Shown one piece after another: positions 13,188 through 27,400 of a DNA stretch of 64,000 bases. The number at the start of each line of letters is the position of its first letter. The stretch's first letter is position 1. Location: contig JAQGDQ010000013.1 of assembly GCA_030141605.1 (NCBI GenBank), forward strand, positions 820,447 to 884,446, given 5' to 3'. This stretch comes from Tubiluchus corallicola (taxonomy: Eukaryota; Animalia; Priapulida). The translations under genes were made by a program, and so were the position numbers. Under the pieces are notes generated by a model. The model worked only from the letters and a program-made list of their open reading frames with translations, had not been told where the DNA came from and made no database searches.

Positions 13188-13993
13188 TAATATAGGTCTT
13201 GGCCAGTGCTGCACTAAGTAATATTATTTTCTAAGCTTTTTATAACAGAAAGTTAATGAACTTCTGCATTAGCCTTTCAAGTAGATAATGTGTCTACAAG
13301 AATAGATACCCGTGAAACAGTGTCAATAAATTATAACACAGTGCATATAAAAGTAAGAAGTAAGTGTATGTAAATAATTCTTGCACAACTAATATGACGT
13401 GATAATAATCATGCGTAGCAATGATAACACTTGCTTAAACACACAATGTTCAATATTCACCAATGTCATGATCGAATTCTTTCTAATTTCGCAAGCAAAT
13501 TAACAAAAATAGTCACTTTCACTAACAGTAACTTCCGGTCCTAATATAGGTTACTCGCACACTGTTCCACTCTTCATAAAACTTCCTGCAATTAGTTGAT
13601 TTCGCGGGCTCTTATAATTGTCTGTTCATTGTCATTTCAGCATGTCACGTGACCTATATTTTTATGCACTTCGCACTAATGCTATTTACACTAAAAAATT
13701 TTGGCAACCAAGGGCAGATAGCTAATCAAAATTAGCCAAATTTGCTAATTCAAGTCAGGCATTCTATACCTTGTCTAGAATATTTTATGCACATGTAGTA
13801 AAATAATACATCGCTGTAGACATTTGTTTCTTGAAAAATTATCTCTAGTTTTGGCGTGTGTTTAGAGTTTGACGTTTTGTTAAACAAAAATAGATTAAAT
13901 TATCTCGTGACATTGTTTAGTACTTCATGCTTAAATAAATCTATAACGTCATTAGCATAACTACTTAAAAGGCGTATTAAAATAAATCAATTA

Positions 13994-14032
<39 letters not shown>

Positions 14033-14329
14033 CGAGTACTAATTAGTGATATCGTATTTCTCAACAGCAGTGCAATACAAGAAGACCAAAAAACGCTATT
14101 TTGACAAAGGAGTATTAGTAAACACCAGTAATATCTGTTGTCAGTTTAAATAAACACGTCAGTTTAAAAAGCACAACTTAATAAGTAATAACTAAAGACC
14201 GATTTCTTCATTCTTCATGTCTAGATTAGGCTCTATTGCCAAAGAATGTTCGATATTTCTGCATAGTTTAAATCGTGTTATTAGTTTTCAAATTAGATTC
14301 AAATTTGAAAACCACTATGTAAAAGTGTC

Positions 14330-14731
14330 AAAAATTGAATTTTGACAGCTGAAAATTTAAAGTAACTTTAGCTTTGCAAATGTTAACAAAAGTTGAATTT
14401 TCACAGCTGAAAATTAAAGCAACTTTAGCTTTTCAAATGTTAACAAAAGTTGAATTTTCACAGCTGAAAATTAAAGCAACTTTAGCTTTTCAAATGTTAA
14501 CAAAAGTTGAATTTTCACAGCTGAAAATTTAAAGCAACTTTAGCTTTGCAAATGTTAACAAAAGTTGAATTTTCACAGCTGAAAATTTAAAGCAACTTTA
14601 GCTTTGCAAATGTTAACAAAAGTTGAATTTTCACAGCTGAAAATTTAAAGCAACTTCAGCTTTGCAAATGTTAACAAAAGTTGAATTTTCACAGCTGAAA
14701 AGTTAAAGAAACTTGAGCTTTGCAAATGTTA
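14330..14731. repeat. Minisatellite, 57-58-bp unit x about 7
   Basis: TCACAGCTGAAAATT(T)AAAGCAACTTTAGCTTTGCAAATGTTAACAAAAGTTGAATTT recurs at 14401, 14458, 14515, 14573, 14631 and 14689. Confidence 0.95.
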
Positions 14732-14781
14732 AAAACAAGATTTTGAAAGTTTAAAGTTTTTCATTTTATTTCAGGTTAATC

Positions 14782-15377
14782 ATGAACAGGATAATCACGG
14801 CAATAATTTTATCTACTTTAGCAGTAAGTATATTTTTATTAAAACGTGTGCAAGTGCGTTTTATTCTAAAGCATTTAAACCAAGAAGATTTTAATTTTTT
14901 GCGAACAGGAATACTATTCATTGTAGGATCAGGGGTGCCGGAGCCAGGGGGGCAAAGAGGCAGCGGCCCCTTGCCCTTTACCGGGGGGGGCGCAAGAGCA
15001 AAGCTTTGCCTTTTTGATGAAAAAATATGTGGTTGTCCATGATTACCCTGAAGAGTTTACCCGCAAAAGGCATTTGAGGTGCCTTAGATATACCGTTATA
15101 TAAGTTATATCATAATTACCCAGGTCAGAGAAATGTCACACTTAATTCGACCACTCGGAAGGGTCATCCTTATAATTTTTTCCTTCCTATGGGTAAACAA
15201 AATGTGCCCTTTTCATAAATGCTCCTCCCGCCCCTGTAATTTGCTGCCGGGCCCCCTGTGTAGAATCAACGACTAACTTCTCACCAGCTTTTAAACTTTT
15301 TAAAGTTTAATTTGACCAAAATTCTGCATGTTTTCTTTTCCTAGCCATTATAGCCCCAACTCTAATTAACCAATAAT

Positions 15378-15440
<63 letters not shown>

Positions 15441-18400
15441 CAAAATCTTTAAACAGAATAAACCTGATCGAGCACAGTGCTTGTTTACAACAGGGTCCTG
15501 TGTAAAGATGCAACGCACAATATTAATAATAGTTCAGATACTTGTACAACACATTATTTAGACGATGTAGCAAAACCTTCCAGCTTGAATATTTTACATA
15601 CATAACTTTACAGTTTACACATATAGCTTAAATCATTAATTAGTAATATTTAACATGCTTCAAGGTTTAAAAGAAGAATTATTCTTGAAAGTGTTTTTGA
15701 CTTGACTTTCAAACAATTTCATATTTTCACAATGACGTATATAAACAGGTAGTTGATTGGAAATTACCGTCTCCTTGTAAGCCAAGCAAGACTGAACAAC
15801 GTTAGTTCTATAAGTTATGGCAGTTTGTAGTCGCCTCTGTTTTTTTCTGATGTTACCTCTTCTACGGTAGCTGAAAAGTTCGCGTGGTAGGGCCTCTAGG
15901 TCATACAGGCTCTCCAAAAGAAACTACCAGACACGGCAGTCAAATTTCATTTGAAAGCTGAGAGTTTGAAAAATTTAATAAGTATAAAGATAAATTATAA
16001 GGCAGATTAATTATATAGAGAATATATATTAATATATAATTAATTATATAGATAATCTAAATATGTTACCTAATTTTTCTATATAGTATCTATGTTTAAT
16101 TATATAGATAAAATAAAGAATAATTATAGCGATAAATATTCAATTTTTCTTTCTTTGTAGAAAGATATGGTTATTATAAAACGACCTTAGACATTTTTGT
16201 CACGAGAATGTCTTAATGTATAATTGATCACAAAGTAGCAGATTCACGAGTCTTTCCATGGCTCCGCGGGCCCGAGCGTACTACTGATCCGGCTAGGTGA
16301 CTAAATCCCTTTTTATAAAGGCACTAGGGACTAGGCCATAAAACTCATCTATCCTATTCAGTTGTCATGAAGCTCATGCTGTGTAAAAGCAATAAATACG
16401 GAAGATGCAGCTCAGCTGCCCCCGCCACTTCCGAGACGGTCCCCATCGCACTGGCGTCTCTCTTTTACTTATAATTATATTTTGTTCTATGCTTGAAATA
16501 TTGAGATAATAACTTTTTCCTAATGAATAAAAGAATTAATATTACATCACTAAAACTTGTGTGATGAGTGATTACTACTGCCCAGTTCCAATTCCAAGAA
16601 TCAAAATCAATTTATTACATTCCAGCCAGCAATATATATACAATACATCAACATACAATATTATTGAAACAAAAAGAAACAGTATAGGTAAAAAAAACGT
16701 TGATGAAGTCAAGTTAACCAAATAAAAGAGTTGCTGTATGACACCTTGAAAGCTTGACTTGTTAAGATGGCACAAATGAGTGAATGAAAGAATGGTTAGG
16801 GTTAGTAGACATGATGGAATGGAAAAAAATAGTAAGATTAGGGATAGGAAGAAGGAAAAGAGGAGAAGAAACGACCAAATTCGAATTTGATTGATTGAAT
16901 ACTTTAATTGCAGAACAAAGTCAATATTACAATACAAATCATAATTAACAAACAAGCGGTATACGTATAAATCAATATAGCAATTGTCGGTTAGTAGTTT
17001 CTCACAATTAAATACAGTTTATTCCAATGCTTATATAACCTAGATATAAATAAACAATCACTGTTAAATACATTGCTATGTAAGTGTCAGTAGCTGTACT
17101 TTTTAGTGAATAAATAGAATTAAAAATATGGTAAATTTAGGCCTGTACACATTTGTCTATCCGAGCACTCACGGGGTAGATTAAACAAAATTCTGATCCC
17201 GTTATTATACGTATTTCTTCGCTTAGGTATTTTTCTCTGCGTACCTGAAGTCAGTCTCAACCCTGTACACACGCAGCACATAATTTTATAGCGATAAATT
17301 TAATTTATGAGGTCGAAATTACGAAAAATGCCTGGCTATTTACAAAATAAACACGTTTTTTGGTTTTTCTAGGCCCAATATTAATGTCCACACTACTCCC
17401 CATTGTTAAAGCCACCATTCGAGCATATATAATAGAGGACCATACCGTGCATGAGTCAAGGTTTTTCAACTTACTTTCAGCCTGTTGCAAAATGTTTTGG
17501 AAATGCGGGTATTAGATTGACGTAAAGATACAAATGAGTGTTACAAATAGACATACATTTAAACTTATATTTAGATATACTTTTAGACTTTCACTTAGAC
17601 TTGCACCTAGACTTACACCTAGACTTGCACCTAGACGTACACCTAGACTTACATTTAGACTTATACCTAGACTTGCACCTAGACTTACACCTAGACTTTC
17701 ACCTAGACTACACTTAGACTTACACCTAGACTAGCGCCTAGACTTACACTTAGACTTACACCTAGACTTACACCTAGACTTATATTTACACTTGCATTTT
17801 TGTTGAGGTTTGATTGTCTATAGATCCACAGTTGCACACGAAATTGTTCTTTATAGGCTTACTTTTGATTATAAAGAAAATAGTTTTTACTGACTAATTA
17901 TCAGAAGTTTCCGCCGCCCCTTCATGGTCGCTTTAAAAACAATGTTGTTTCATTTTGCAGCCAAGTTTTGAAGTATGGGACCTACTTAGTCACAACACTG
18001 TTCAGTAATCCCTACCCAAGCAAAACAAAAAAAATCTTGCCAGAATCTTGTCACAATATTTTGGCAAATGTTGGCACAATGTTGTGGCAGGTTCACATTT
18101 CTATGTTGTCCTAATACTTGCAAAAATGTTGTGACAACATTGTGACAATTTTGTTGTGTTGCCTGGGTAACTCTTTCTAGCTTGTTGACATTTTCAATAA
18201 CACTACGATATAACATAATAATCATCAATCGTAGCTATTATTAGAAGCCTGATTTGTGGCGCAATTTTGTATTTTGGTCTAATTATTCGTTTCTCATCTA
18301 TTTAAAGTGATCGCCATGTAGGTGTATAATTTACGTTTTAAATTTGAAGCAAAAAGATAAAATAACGTGTAAAACGTGACATTAAGGTTTTAATATCCAC

Positions 18401-21400
18401 TCATTTTTCGACAATGTGCTACATCTCCATGCATACTAATTTAATTGTAGGTTATTATTTCACAAAACTGATAATTATACATCTACAAGTTTATAACACA
18501 AAGCAATACTAACACAGAGTTGGTTGATAAACCTAATCATGATTTTTTTATGATGATAATCATTGACTAGTAATACGCTAAACCAAAAAATAATTGATTA
18601 GTTTATGAAGTATATCATTATATACACTTATGTGTCAGACCACAAGGACAGTGATTATCTTAAAGGGCAGACATAACTCCATGTCAAAAAACGTCCAAGA
18701 GTAAAAAACGTTCCCGTCAATCTGCGCATTGTCTCTTTTGAAGGTATTGAAAGCGAGCGTGATCGTCGTTGTTTAACAATTTTTTGAGCTAAAGAGTCGA
18801 GTTTGATTTTCCGCTCGGAGAACCTAGGCTGGAACTCATCAATTATAGATTCGCCACTGGCCGCCGGGGTTTATTATACAAAACTAAAATACAAGGCTTC
18901 GTTTTGCTTAAATTATACCACAATGTTCGCGTTATAATGGAATAATTTGCAACGCGAATTGGTAATTGTAACGTTTCGCTTCGTCACATTCGACTGGTGG
19001 CCATGTGCGCATTGTTAAAATCATTTTCCATTCACTGAGTTTTCAAAGTCAAACTAAAATTATAGAAAATTAAATAGATAAGAGGGGAGCTATCTAAAAG
19101 ATGACACTTGTAAAACTACTATAGCTTTATATAAGTAATTTAAGTAAAAAGTTTTTGCATTAGAGAAAAACTGAGTATCTTTTTTATACCGGGATAGAAT
19201 CGTACTGCCGTATGTAATGGTTAAATATTATTTAATATATATAGATAATGTAACCGGCCGGTATCGAACAAGGACCATTCATTCTTAAGGTTATCATCTA
19301 AAAACAAAGAAATTTTATTACCATGTATAAACAATTTAGAAGTAGAATTCAGTAGATAATAACCAAATATTATTTTATTGTACACAGATAATTTAACAAT
19401 ATAACTTACACACTAGAGACTACACATCTTTATTAATAGAAACTATTTTACCACTCCACAAACAAAACATTAAATATTTTTCTGATTTAAAAGGAGTTAT
19501 CGTATTGTCTCAGTGAAACAGCTGAGACAAAATTGGAATGTTTGGCACATTCTGAAATAGCGCTGTTTAATTGTTGCGCAGAATTGTGGAAATAAAAAAC
19601 GAAGCCGAAGTTTAATTACTCCATATCAACCATTTGCAACAAATCTTAAATTCAAACACTTGTAAAGCAGTGATACGAAAATTTCATGAAGCCATTTACA
19701 TAAATAAAATTTATTTTACAGTTTGAATTAATATCTGCACAAGGAGATGCGTCTTCTAGCTTGCGAATCTTCAACGAAGATGGCACTCTCAGAGACAGGG
19801 TATATTTACTGATGATTGTCATTCTTTTATAATGTTATAATGAATCATATGTAAGTTTAGTGACTGATAAACCGACTTATTAGACCACTTACAGTTAAAG
19901 CCTAACCCGAACTTCATTTTGACGCTTCACTGTGGTAATTTTGCGACTTTAAATTACAAAACTTGCTTGTTTAAAGAACTGCAAAAATCTGTCGCCAAAT
20001 TTCTTTTCTTAATCATTAATAGTAACGATGCTATAAAATTTATGCTTTAATCTTCAAGGAATGATTCTGCCTTTTCGGCAAGACATCTACCAAAAAACAG
20101 GACCTATCAAATATTTTTATTTTCTTATTTCTCTTGGTATCTAGGCGAGGGATAGTCTGCAGCAGAGATTCCCGGATACTGATTTCTCAACTTTCGATAT
20201 AGACAGTTTTCGGGAGGGGGTGAGGAAGCGCATTCATGATCGTTTGCGCTCGGAAGGAAACGGTGATGCGCCCACGAGGTCACGTGATGAGGTAGAAAAA
20301 CTAATCCGCGACCGTTTAGCCGACACGTGAGTATGAGCAAATTTTCTGTTTTATTTTAATTCTTTTTAATGGGCTTTGGAAAGCTGAATCACACTATTAT
20401 GATTATAATGTCAGTAAAATTTCGATTTTTAGTTCTTTATTTGGTCAACGTTTCGTCGCGTTCATAAAATTATTCTTATATACTGACACTTTATGAGTTT
20501 TGCATTGAATACTGAAAACAAAAAACAGCAATTTTTTGATGTGAAATGTAAAAAGAAATTGGACACTAATTTGGATATTTCCGATGTTACACGTTTGCAA
20601 GCAAACACCCTCAAAGCCTAATGCTCAAGTCTAACAACAATGGACTATTATTGTCTAAAATTTGCACCATGCTACACGCTTGTCATGTGCGCCAAACATT
20701 GGAAACACTTTTCTTAAGCTGCTCAGAAATGCTTAGTTTCAAATATAGGGTCGGACACTGCTCGCGGACACTAAACAATATTCTTCTTCCCACGGTCAGT
20801 AGTACGAAAGATACGGGGTCGTTATTGGCGCTAAACTCACTTTTAAGAAGCACATTACTAAAATCGTTAGAATTGCAGTTTAATATATTGCTGATGTTAT
20901 TTTTAAGTGTTTTTAACAAGAGTCATAGATACTGTTACCAAAACTTACTATGCTTACGTGCGACCAATTTTGGAATATCACTGTATGGAATCCGTTCTTG
21001 AATCTATCTTGCTTGGACGCATATAATGGTTTTAACGATAAAATTGAACAAAATCAGGTTGCTTGGCAAGTTTTGCCATACAATGAACGATTACGTACCT
21101 TCAGTATGGACACACTAGAACTTAGAAGACTTAGAATAGACCTGATTTTGGTTAGAGTTGATCTACGTTTTAACTCGTGCATTTGAATGTCGCAGCAAAT
21201 TCACTCTTAATTCGACCGCTAGGAGGTGTCATCCTTACACTTTTTTCCTTCCTGTGTAACAAAACTGTAGGGCAAAACTCTTTTTTTGTCAGAATTATAT
21301 CGCATTGGAGTCCCTCTTCCTTGTCATGTTGTCAAAGGTTCCTTCTTTAGCTTCCTACCAAACCTGTTTAAAAGTCGTTTATTCAAGTAATAATCAACTC

Positions 21401-24400
21401 AATTTTTTCGCTAGTTTATGCTTTTCGTAGTGGTCTCCTAAATTTCAACGTACATACAATTTGAAAATAATTATTTTGCAATAGTCACTAATATTTTTTA
21501 TGCTTTATCTGTATTGTTGATTTATCAATCATGGCCCAAGCGTCTTTTTTTAAGGTTTTAGATCAGTGGTTCCCAAACTTTCTCGGACCGTTACCCAAAT
21601 CGGGAAACCCGGTCGTGTCCATTACCCCCCCCCCCCCCCACCTAGTACTACCACCCAGAACAATCGTGAACTTTTACTTCTCCCCAGGATCGCACCAGAG
21701 ATCGTGGGAACGTGCGAATGATGGACCCCATGACACAGTGTTGCCTGCCGGAGGCAGTCTCTTCAAGAAGAAAACTACGTAAAATGCATTCCGGGCGAAG
21801 TTTTAAAAATTTTCAGAGGGGTGGCCGTTACCCCCCCAAAAAAACCATATTACCCCGGGGGGGGGGTAATTTACCCCTACTTTGGGAACCACTGTTTTAG
21901 ATGATCAATACTTTTATTATACTAACTGTCGGGCTCCTTAAGTTGCTGTCGTAAAGGTGAATGTAATTGTGATTTTGTGCATCAGATTTCGTTGTACCTT
22001 TATAACGCTGGTTGCTCCGGCACTTAACGTTTTGCTGTTTCTTCTTGCATTATTACATTGTTAAAAGTGCATATTCAATTAAATTCAATAAAGTAATCTT
22101 TACAGCTGAAAACAGTTCACGTCTTATGCAGTTTATGCAGTCTGTTACAAAGTTTTCTACATTAACAAATTTTGGTTGATACTTCAGATTACCAGGGATG
22201 GTTCGTTTCATGCAGTCTGTTACAAAGTTTTCTACATTAACTAATTTTGGTTGATACTTCAGATTACCAGAGGTGGTTCGTTTTGTGCAGTCTGTTACAA
22301 AGTTTTCTACATTAACTAATTTTGGTTGATACTTCAGATCACCAGGGGTGGTTCGTTTTATGCAGTCTGTTACAAAGTTTTCTACATTAACAAATTTTGG
22401 TTGATACTTCAGATCACCAGGGGTGGTTCGTTTTATGCAGTCTGTTACAAAGTTTTCTACATTAACAAATTTTGGTTGATACTTCAGATTACCAGGGGTG
22501 GTTCGTTTTATGCAGTCTGTTACAAAGTTTTCTACATTAACTAATTTGGGTGATACTTCAGATTACCAGGGGTGGTTCGTTTCATGCAGTCTGTTACAAA
22601 GTTTTCTACAATAACTAATTTTGGTTGATACTTCAGATTACCAGGGGTGGTTCGTTTCATGCAGTCTGTTACAAAGTTTTCTACATTAACTAATTTTGGT
22701 TGATACTTCAGATTACCAGGGGTAGACTTTGATGATATCGACTCAGAAACTCTCGGAACAAGATTCAGATCGGAACTTACGAAAACGATACCTACATTGC
22801 AGGACTTTGATTTTGAGAACTTTGATAGGACAAAATTTAGACAAGCATTGATTGACGATCTTACATTTAACAGAGTAACAGGTAAATTTATTTTAAAGTG
22901 GCAGTCAACAGTTTGTGAAACGTTTTATTAAACACTATGTTAATTTTAAAGAAAGTACTTAGTAACACTATTGTTAAGTTTGTGGCATGCCAAACTCTGT
23001 TTACTGTTAAACAAGCAACGGGTTTTAGTTTACGACATATATTTTGCACATTGAACTGTAGTAGTTATCAGTTAGTAAATGGATAAAATATTTTGGCAAG
23101 GAGATTAGTGAGAAAAAAGCTTTGACAGAAAACCAACAGTTAATTGTTAACATGGCTAGAGACTGCATCAAATGTTTAGAATATAATGATTTTAATTTTT
23201 TAAACCCAGCACAGTTGCTATCAATTCTAGATTACATTGTTACAGGCTAATTTGCAAGAAATTGTACTGCTTATAGATTTTACCAGGAATAACAATTCCT
23301 ACTGATGCAGCTGGCTGATTGATTAATCCTTTTTACTATCGATATGTTGTTTTATTACTAACCGTGTGAATAATCTTGACTGATTTTTGTGAAATGTTTA
23401 TGTAAAGTATGTTCGATATAAAATGATGGTAATAGTATTGCAGAAAATTTACACATTAATTGTCGCATTTAAACTAGCAAAGTTTTCGGGCCAATTTAGC
23501 TCGCCAAAGTAACTCACTAGGTAACTCGCAGGCGTGTTTAAATACTACTTAGTGAATTTACAATTTCTTGTTGACAGTAACTCGCAAAGAAGTTCACACT
23601 TTGCCAGAGGGAAAACTCGCGATAGAAAATTCACTAGTTTGAACGCACCTTAACGTACACCTTTCCTTCTCGTGCTTCATCTCACTTCACATGTGTTACA
23701 GATGCCTTTTCTCGCTCCCTCACGTTCATTACCACCTCTGGGTCTTACAATTCTTCCGTTTTTGCTTCCGTCATTTTGCTTTACTGTCGCTCATTCATTC
23801 TCCACTTCCTTCACCTTTCGTTTTCTTGTCCGCTTCCGTTTTCCTCCTAGTCCATTTCATAGTTTCCTCATCCACCTTCTCACTTCACTACTGTATAACT
23901 AATAAGTAGGGATGAGCATCGAATGTTCGAATTAGAAACTTTCGATTCGAATTCGAACGAGTTTACTTCGAATTAGATTCGAACCTAAAATTATAGATTC
24001 GAATAATTCAGTACTTTAACCAAATATGTTCTTGATCATTAAAAATTTGAAACGTCACGTAATCAGCACAATTTAGCTGCAGTTTCTGTGCAAAATTTTT
24101 AAGAAACCAATAGTGGTTTTACTGGATGACAAAATCAAGTATTATATGCATCATCTTTGTAAGAGACACTTTTTACTAGTGGTTCAAAAACTTGTTTGAA
24201 AATATTTCAAACTTAATTCGAATTGTATTCGGATTCGAAATACTCAAATTCGTAGGTCACAAATTCGATTCGAATTCGTTTTTTTGGTAGAGAACCCTCA
24301 CCCCTATTAATAAATTCTTCTGCTACGCTCATTGTTACTTTTACGCTGTGCAACATATTGTCAATTTTGTAGCAAAACATTAAAAACATTGTGATCATTG

Positions 24401-27400
24401 CTATTATAACTATTGTAAAACTAAATGGGTAAATAAATAAATCTATTTCCAAGTCATATTTTAAATCTATTTCAAAGTCATATTTTTGCGGTTTTCTTTC
24501 TAGTTTCTACCATCCTTCATACTACCTTGTTCTCTTCACTTTTCTCTGCTTTTCTAAATTCCGCTTTTCTCCCTCCCTCTTGTTTCCTCTGTTTTTCCCT
24601 TCTTTTTTCGTTCGCCTCCTCTTTTTGTTTCCCGTTTTCTCCCCCTTCTCTACTACCCTGTTCTCTTTGCAGTGCTCGGTTTTCTTCTTAATTTTGTAAT
24701 CCCGTTTAAATTTCTATTTGTGTTATTCACTCAACTACAGGACAGGTAAAAGTTACTGATAATTACGTTCAAATGAACAAGAGCGTGATGAGATCTTCTC
24801 CTTTTTAACTCTCGCATTTTGCTATTGTCCAGGTATTAAGACGGAATGCGCTTTGGAAGCCGGACACATGAAGCTGACAATGAGTTTTCAACGACCTTTC
24901 AACGGGTTCGTCTTCGCCAAAAATTACTTCAACGCTGGTTGCAGAGTCCAAGGCACGGGAGAGGACACATTGGCTGTATCTGTACCCCTTAACGGATGTG
25001 GAACTATGACTGAAGTGATCGTAAGTACGATATCTGTGCCATTTTGTGAGCATCACTTCCAGCCAATTTGCAGACCAAAGTGTCGTCCATTTCCTAAATG
25101 AATTATTAATCTAAATTTTTAATCTAAAGCGAGGCCAGGGAGCAATCAAATTTCTGGACTTTCAGTTGTCATCGTTTAGATTTTGCCTCAGCTATTCATA
25201 CAAACTTTGGAAACCCAAACTGCTTTTTTTTACTCTTACATTCAATTCGATCACTAGTTTCTTCACCTTCACAACCGTAACTCTGGTTTGCTTGCAAATG
25301 CTTCATTGGCGAATCTTTTCCTGTTTGGGGTTCGCATTTACCAGCTTTCTTACCTTCCGTTTGTTGTGTAATTCCGGTCCTGAAGACTTTCACTCTTATA
25401 GGTTTATCTAACATAATTAGATTAATGATATTGTAAGGCATTTATTTATTAACGAAAGAGTCATTACTATGAGGACTTACATTGCTTTGCTGCTCTGTAC
25501 GTAGAATAGAAACTGCAGGCAGAAACAGAGTAAGGCCAGGGGCGTCGTGCACCAAAAAAAATTGGGGTGGGGGTGGGCCGACTGTATATAATGACTTAAC
25601 TGTTTAAAAAACGTGTAATTTTGAAAAAAAAATAAACAGTATTTTGCGTGCAAGAAAAACGATTTATTTATTCCCAACTGGCATTCAACTTAAAGCTATA
25701 GCAACAGAAACTTAATTAAAATTAAAGATTAATTTAAAATTTAATTAAGTAATTCTTAGCTGTTGGACTTGAAAAATGAAGTCAGATTGGACTGCCTTGA
25801 CATCGTTTAAGAAATACAGCTAAAATCGCAGCGAAAACTAGCAAAGATTTTCCTAGCAGGAGAAAAATGATGAAATGTGCTCAAAAATCACGCCCTTTTA
25901 TGCAGCAAACTCGTGGGAAAGAGTCGCTAAGGAGTAGCAAAGAGTCGTTAATGTCCAATCAGGAGGTGGCTGAGCCATGGATCATCAATTGGTATCTCCC
26001 AAACCGACTCTCTGGTACTAGGCTAGCTCGACAAACTGACTCCCTGGTACTAGGCTAGCTCAACATGACTTCAATGTTTGCATTGTTTTTGCTCTATTAT
26101 TTCACTTATTCTCTATTATGACACACTGCTGAACGAAGCTCGAGTGCTAACTGAGCCGTTTTGTTAATTAACAGTCTTTTGTGCAAAGACGCTAATGCTG
26201 CTCAACGAGCTGCTTTGTTAACTATTCCTGCCTGCCTCCTGAATAGATAGATTACAGGCAAACAAATTAACTACATCCTGACTTTCAGGTAACACACATA
26301 CTCATGCTCATACTGTTCGCATTTATGGAGCGCTGGCCCGCTGTTGCGTGTCAAAAAGTCGGAAATAAATTTGCTTACCGGTCTCATTACTCATGACACC
26401 CTTCAAATTTTTGACATTTTCTAAAAAAATTGGCCCCCCCCCCGGCCCCTATGGCACGACGCCACTGAGTAAGGCGTCAGTAATGTCTGAGTTAATCGAC
26501 GTAATTTCAAAGAAGCAGATAAATCAAAAATGCTGCTGCTGGAAGACACTTGACTCGTGCATTTTGAAAGGAAAATAACGCGACTAGCTTGTTTCATTCA
26601 ATTAATGCTGTGAACTTAAAGAATTACACTTATACTGCGTTATTACTTAAGATAAACGTAAAAATGCAAGAATCATTATCAGCCTAGTTCCACAATTTGG
26701 CGCCCTAGGTAACTGCCCAATTTGCCTCAATGACAGAACCAGCCCTGATCTAAACATTAAACAGATTCACAGATCTGATTCAGAAGCACAATAATGACGG
26801 GTGGTATGTATGAATAGTGTAAATGTAATGAGTGAAATTTATGTAATGCAAAGCATGTTTCTGTTAATTGTGTCATGTCAAATGTATATATAGTGTAAAA
26901 TATGTCATGTAAAATTTAATGTACTTTTGTAATATTGTTTTGTAAAAATATTTTAATATGGTGTTTGTAAATATGTTCATTTAATGTACATAATTAGGCC
27001 TTAGTTTTGCACTTTAGTTTTTTTAGTCTGCACTGGACGCATTTGTCTTGAACAGTGTTGTTATTTTAACATTACGCTGAGGCTTACTCAATTTTATTAT
27101 AATGAGTGAACCATTTTAATGACAAAAAAAGAATTAATATATATATAATATAATATAATATAATATAATATAATATAATATAATATAATATAATATAATA
27201 TGATATGATATGATATGATATGATATGATATAATATAATATAATATAATATAATATAATATAATATAATATAATATAATATAATATAATATAATATAATA
27301 TAATATAATATAATATTAATATATATATAATCAGCGACTGGAAAAACAGGCTGCTGTAAACAGTCTTGCCGACCACTTCGCGAATACGTCATGCATCAAA

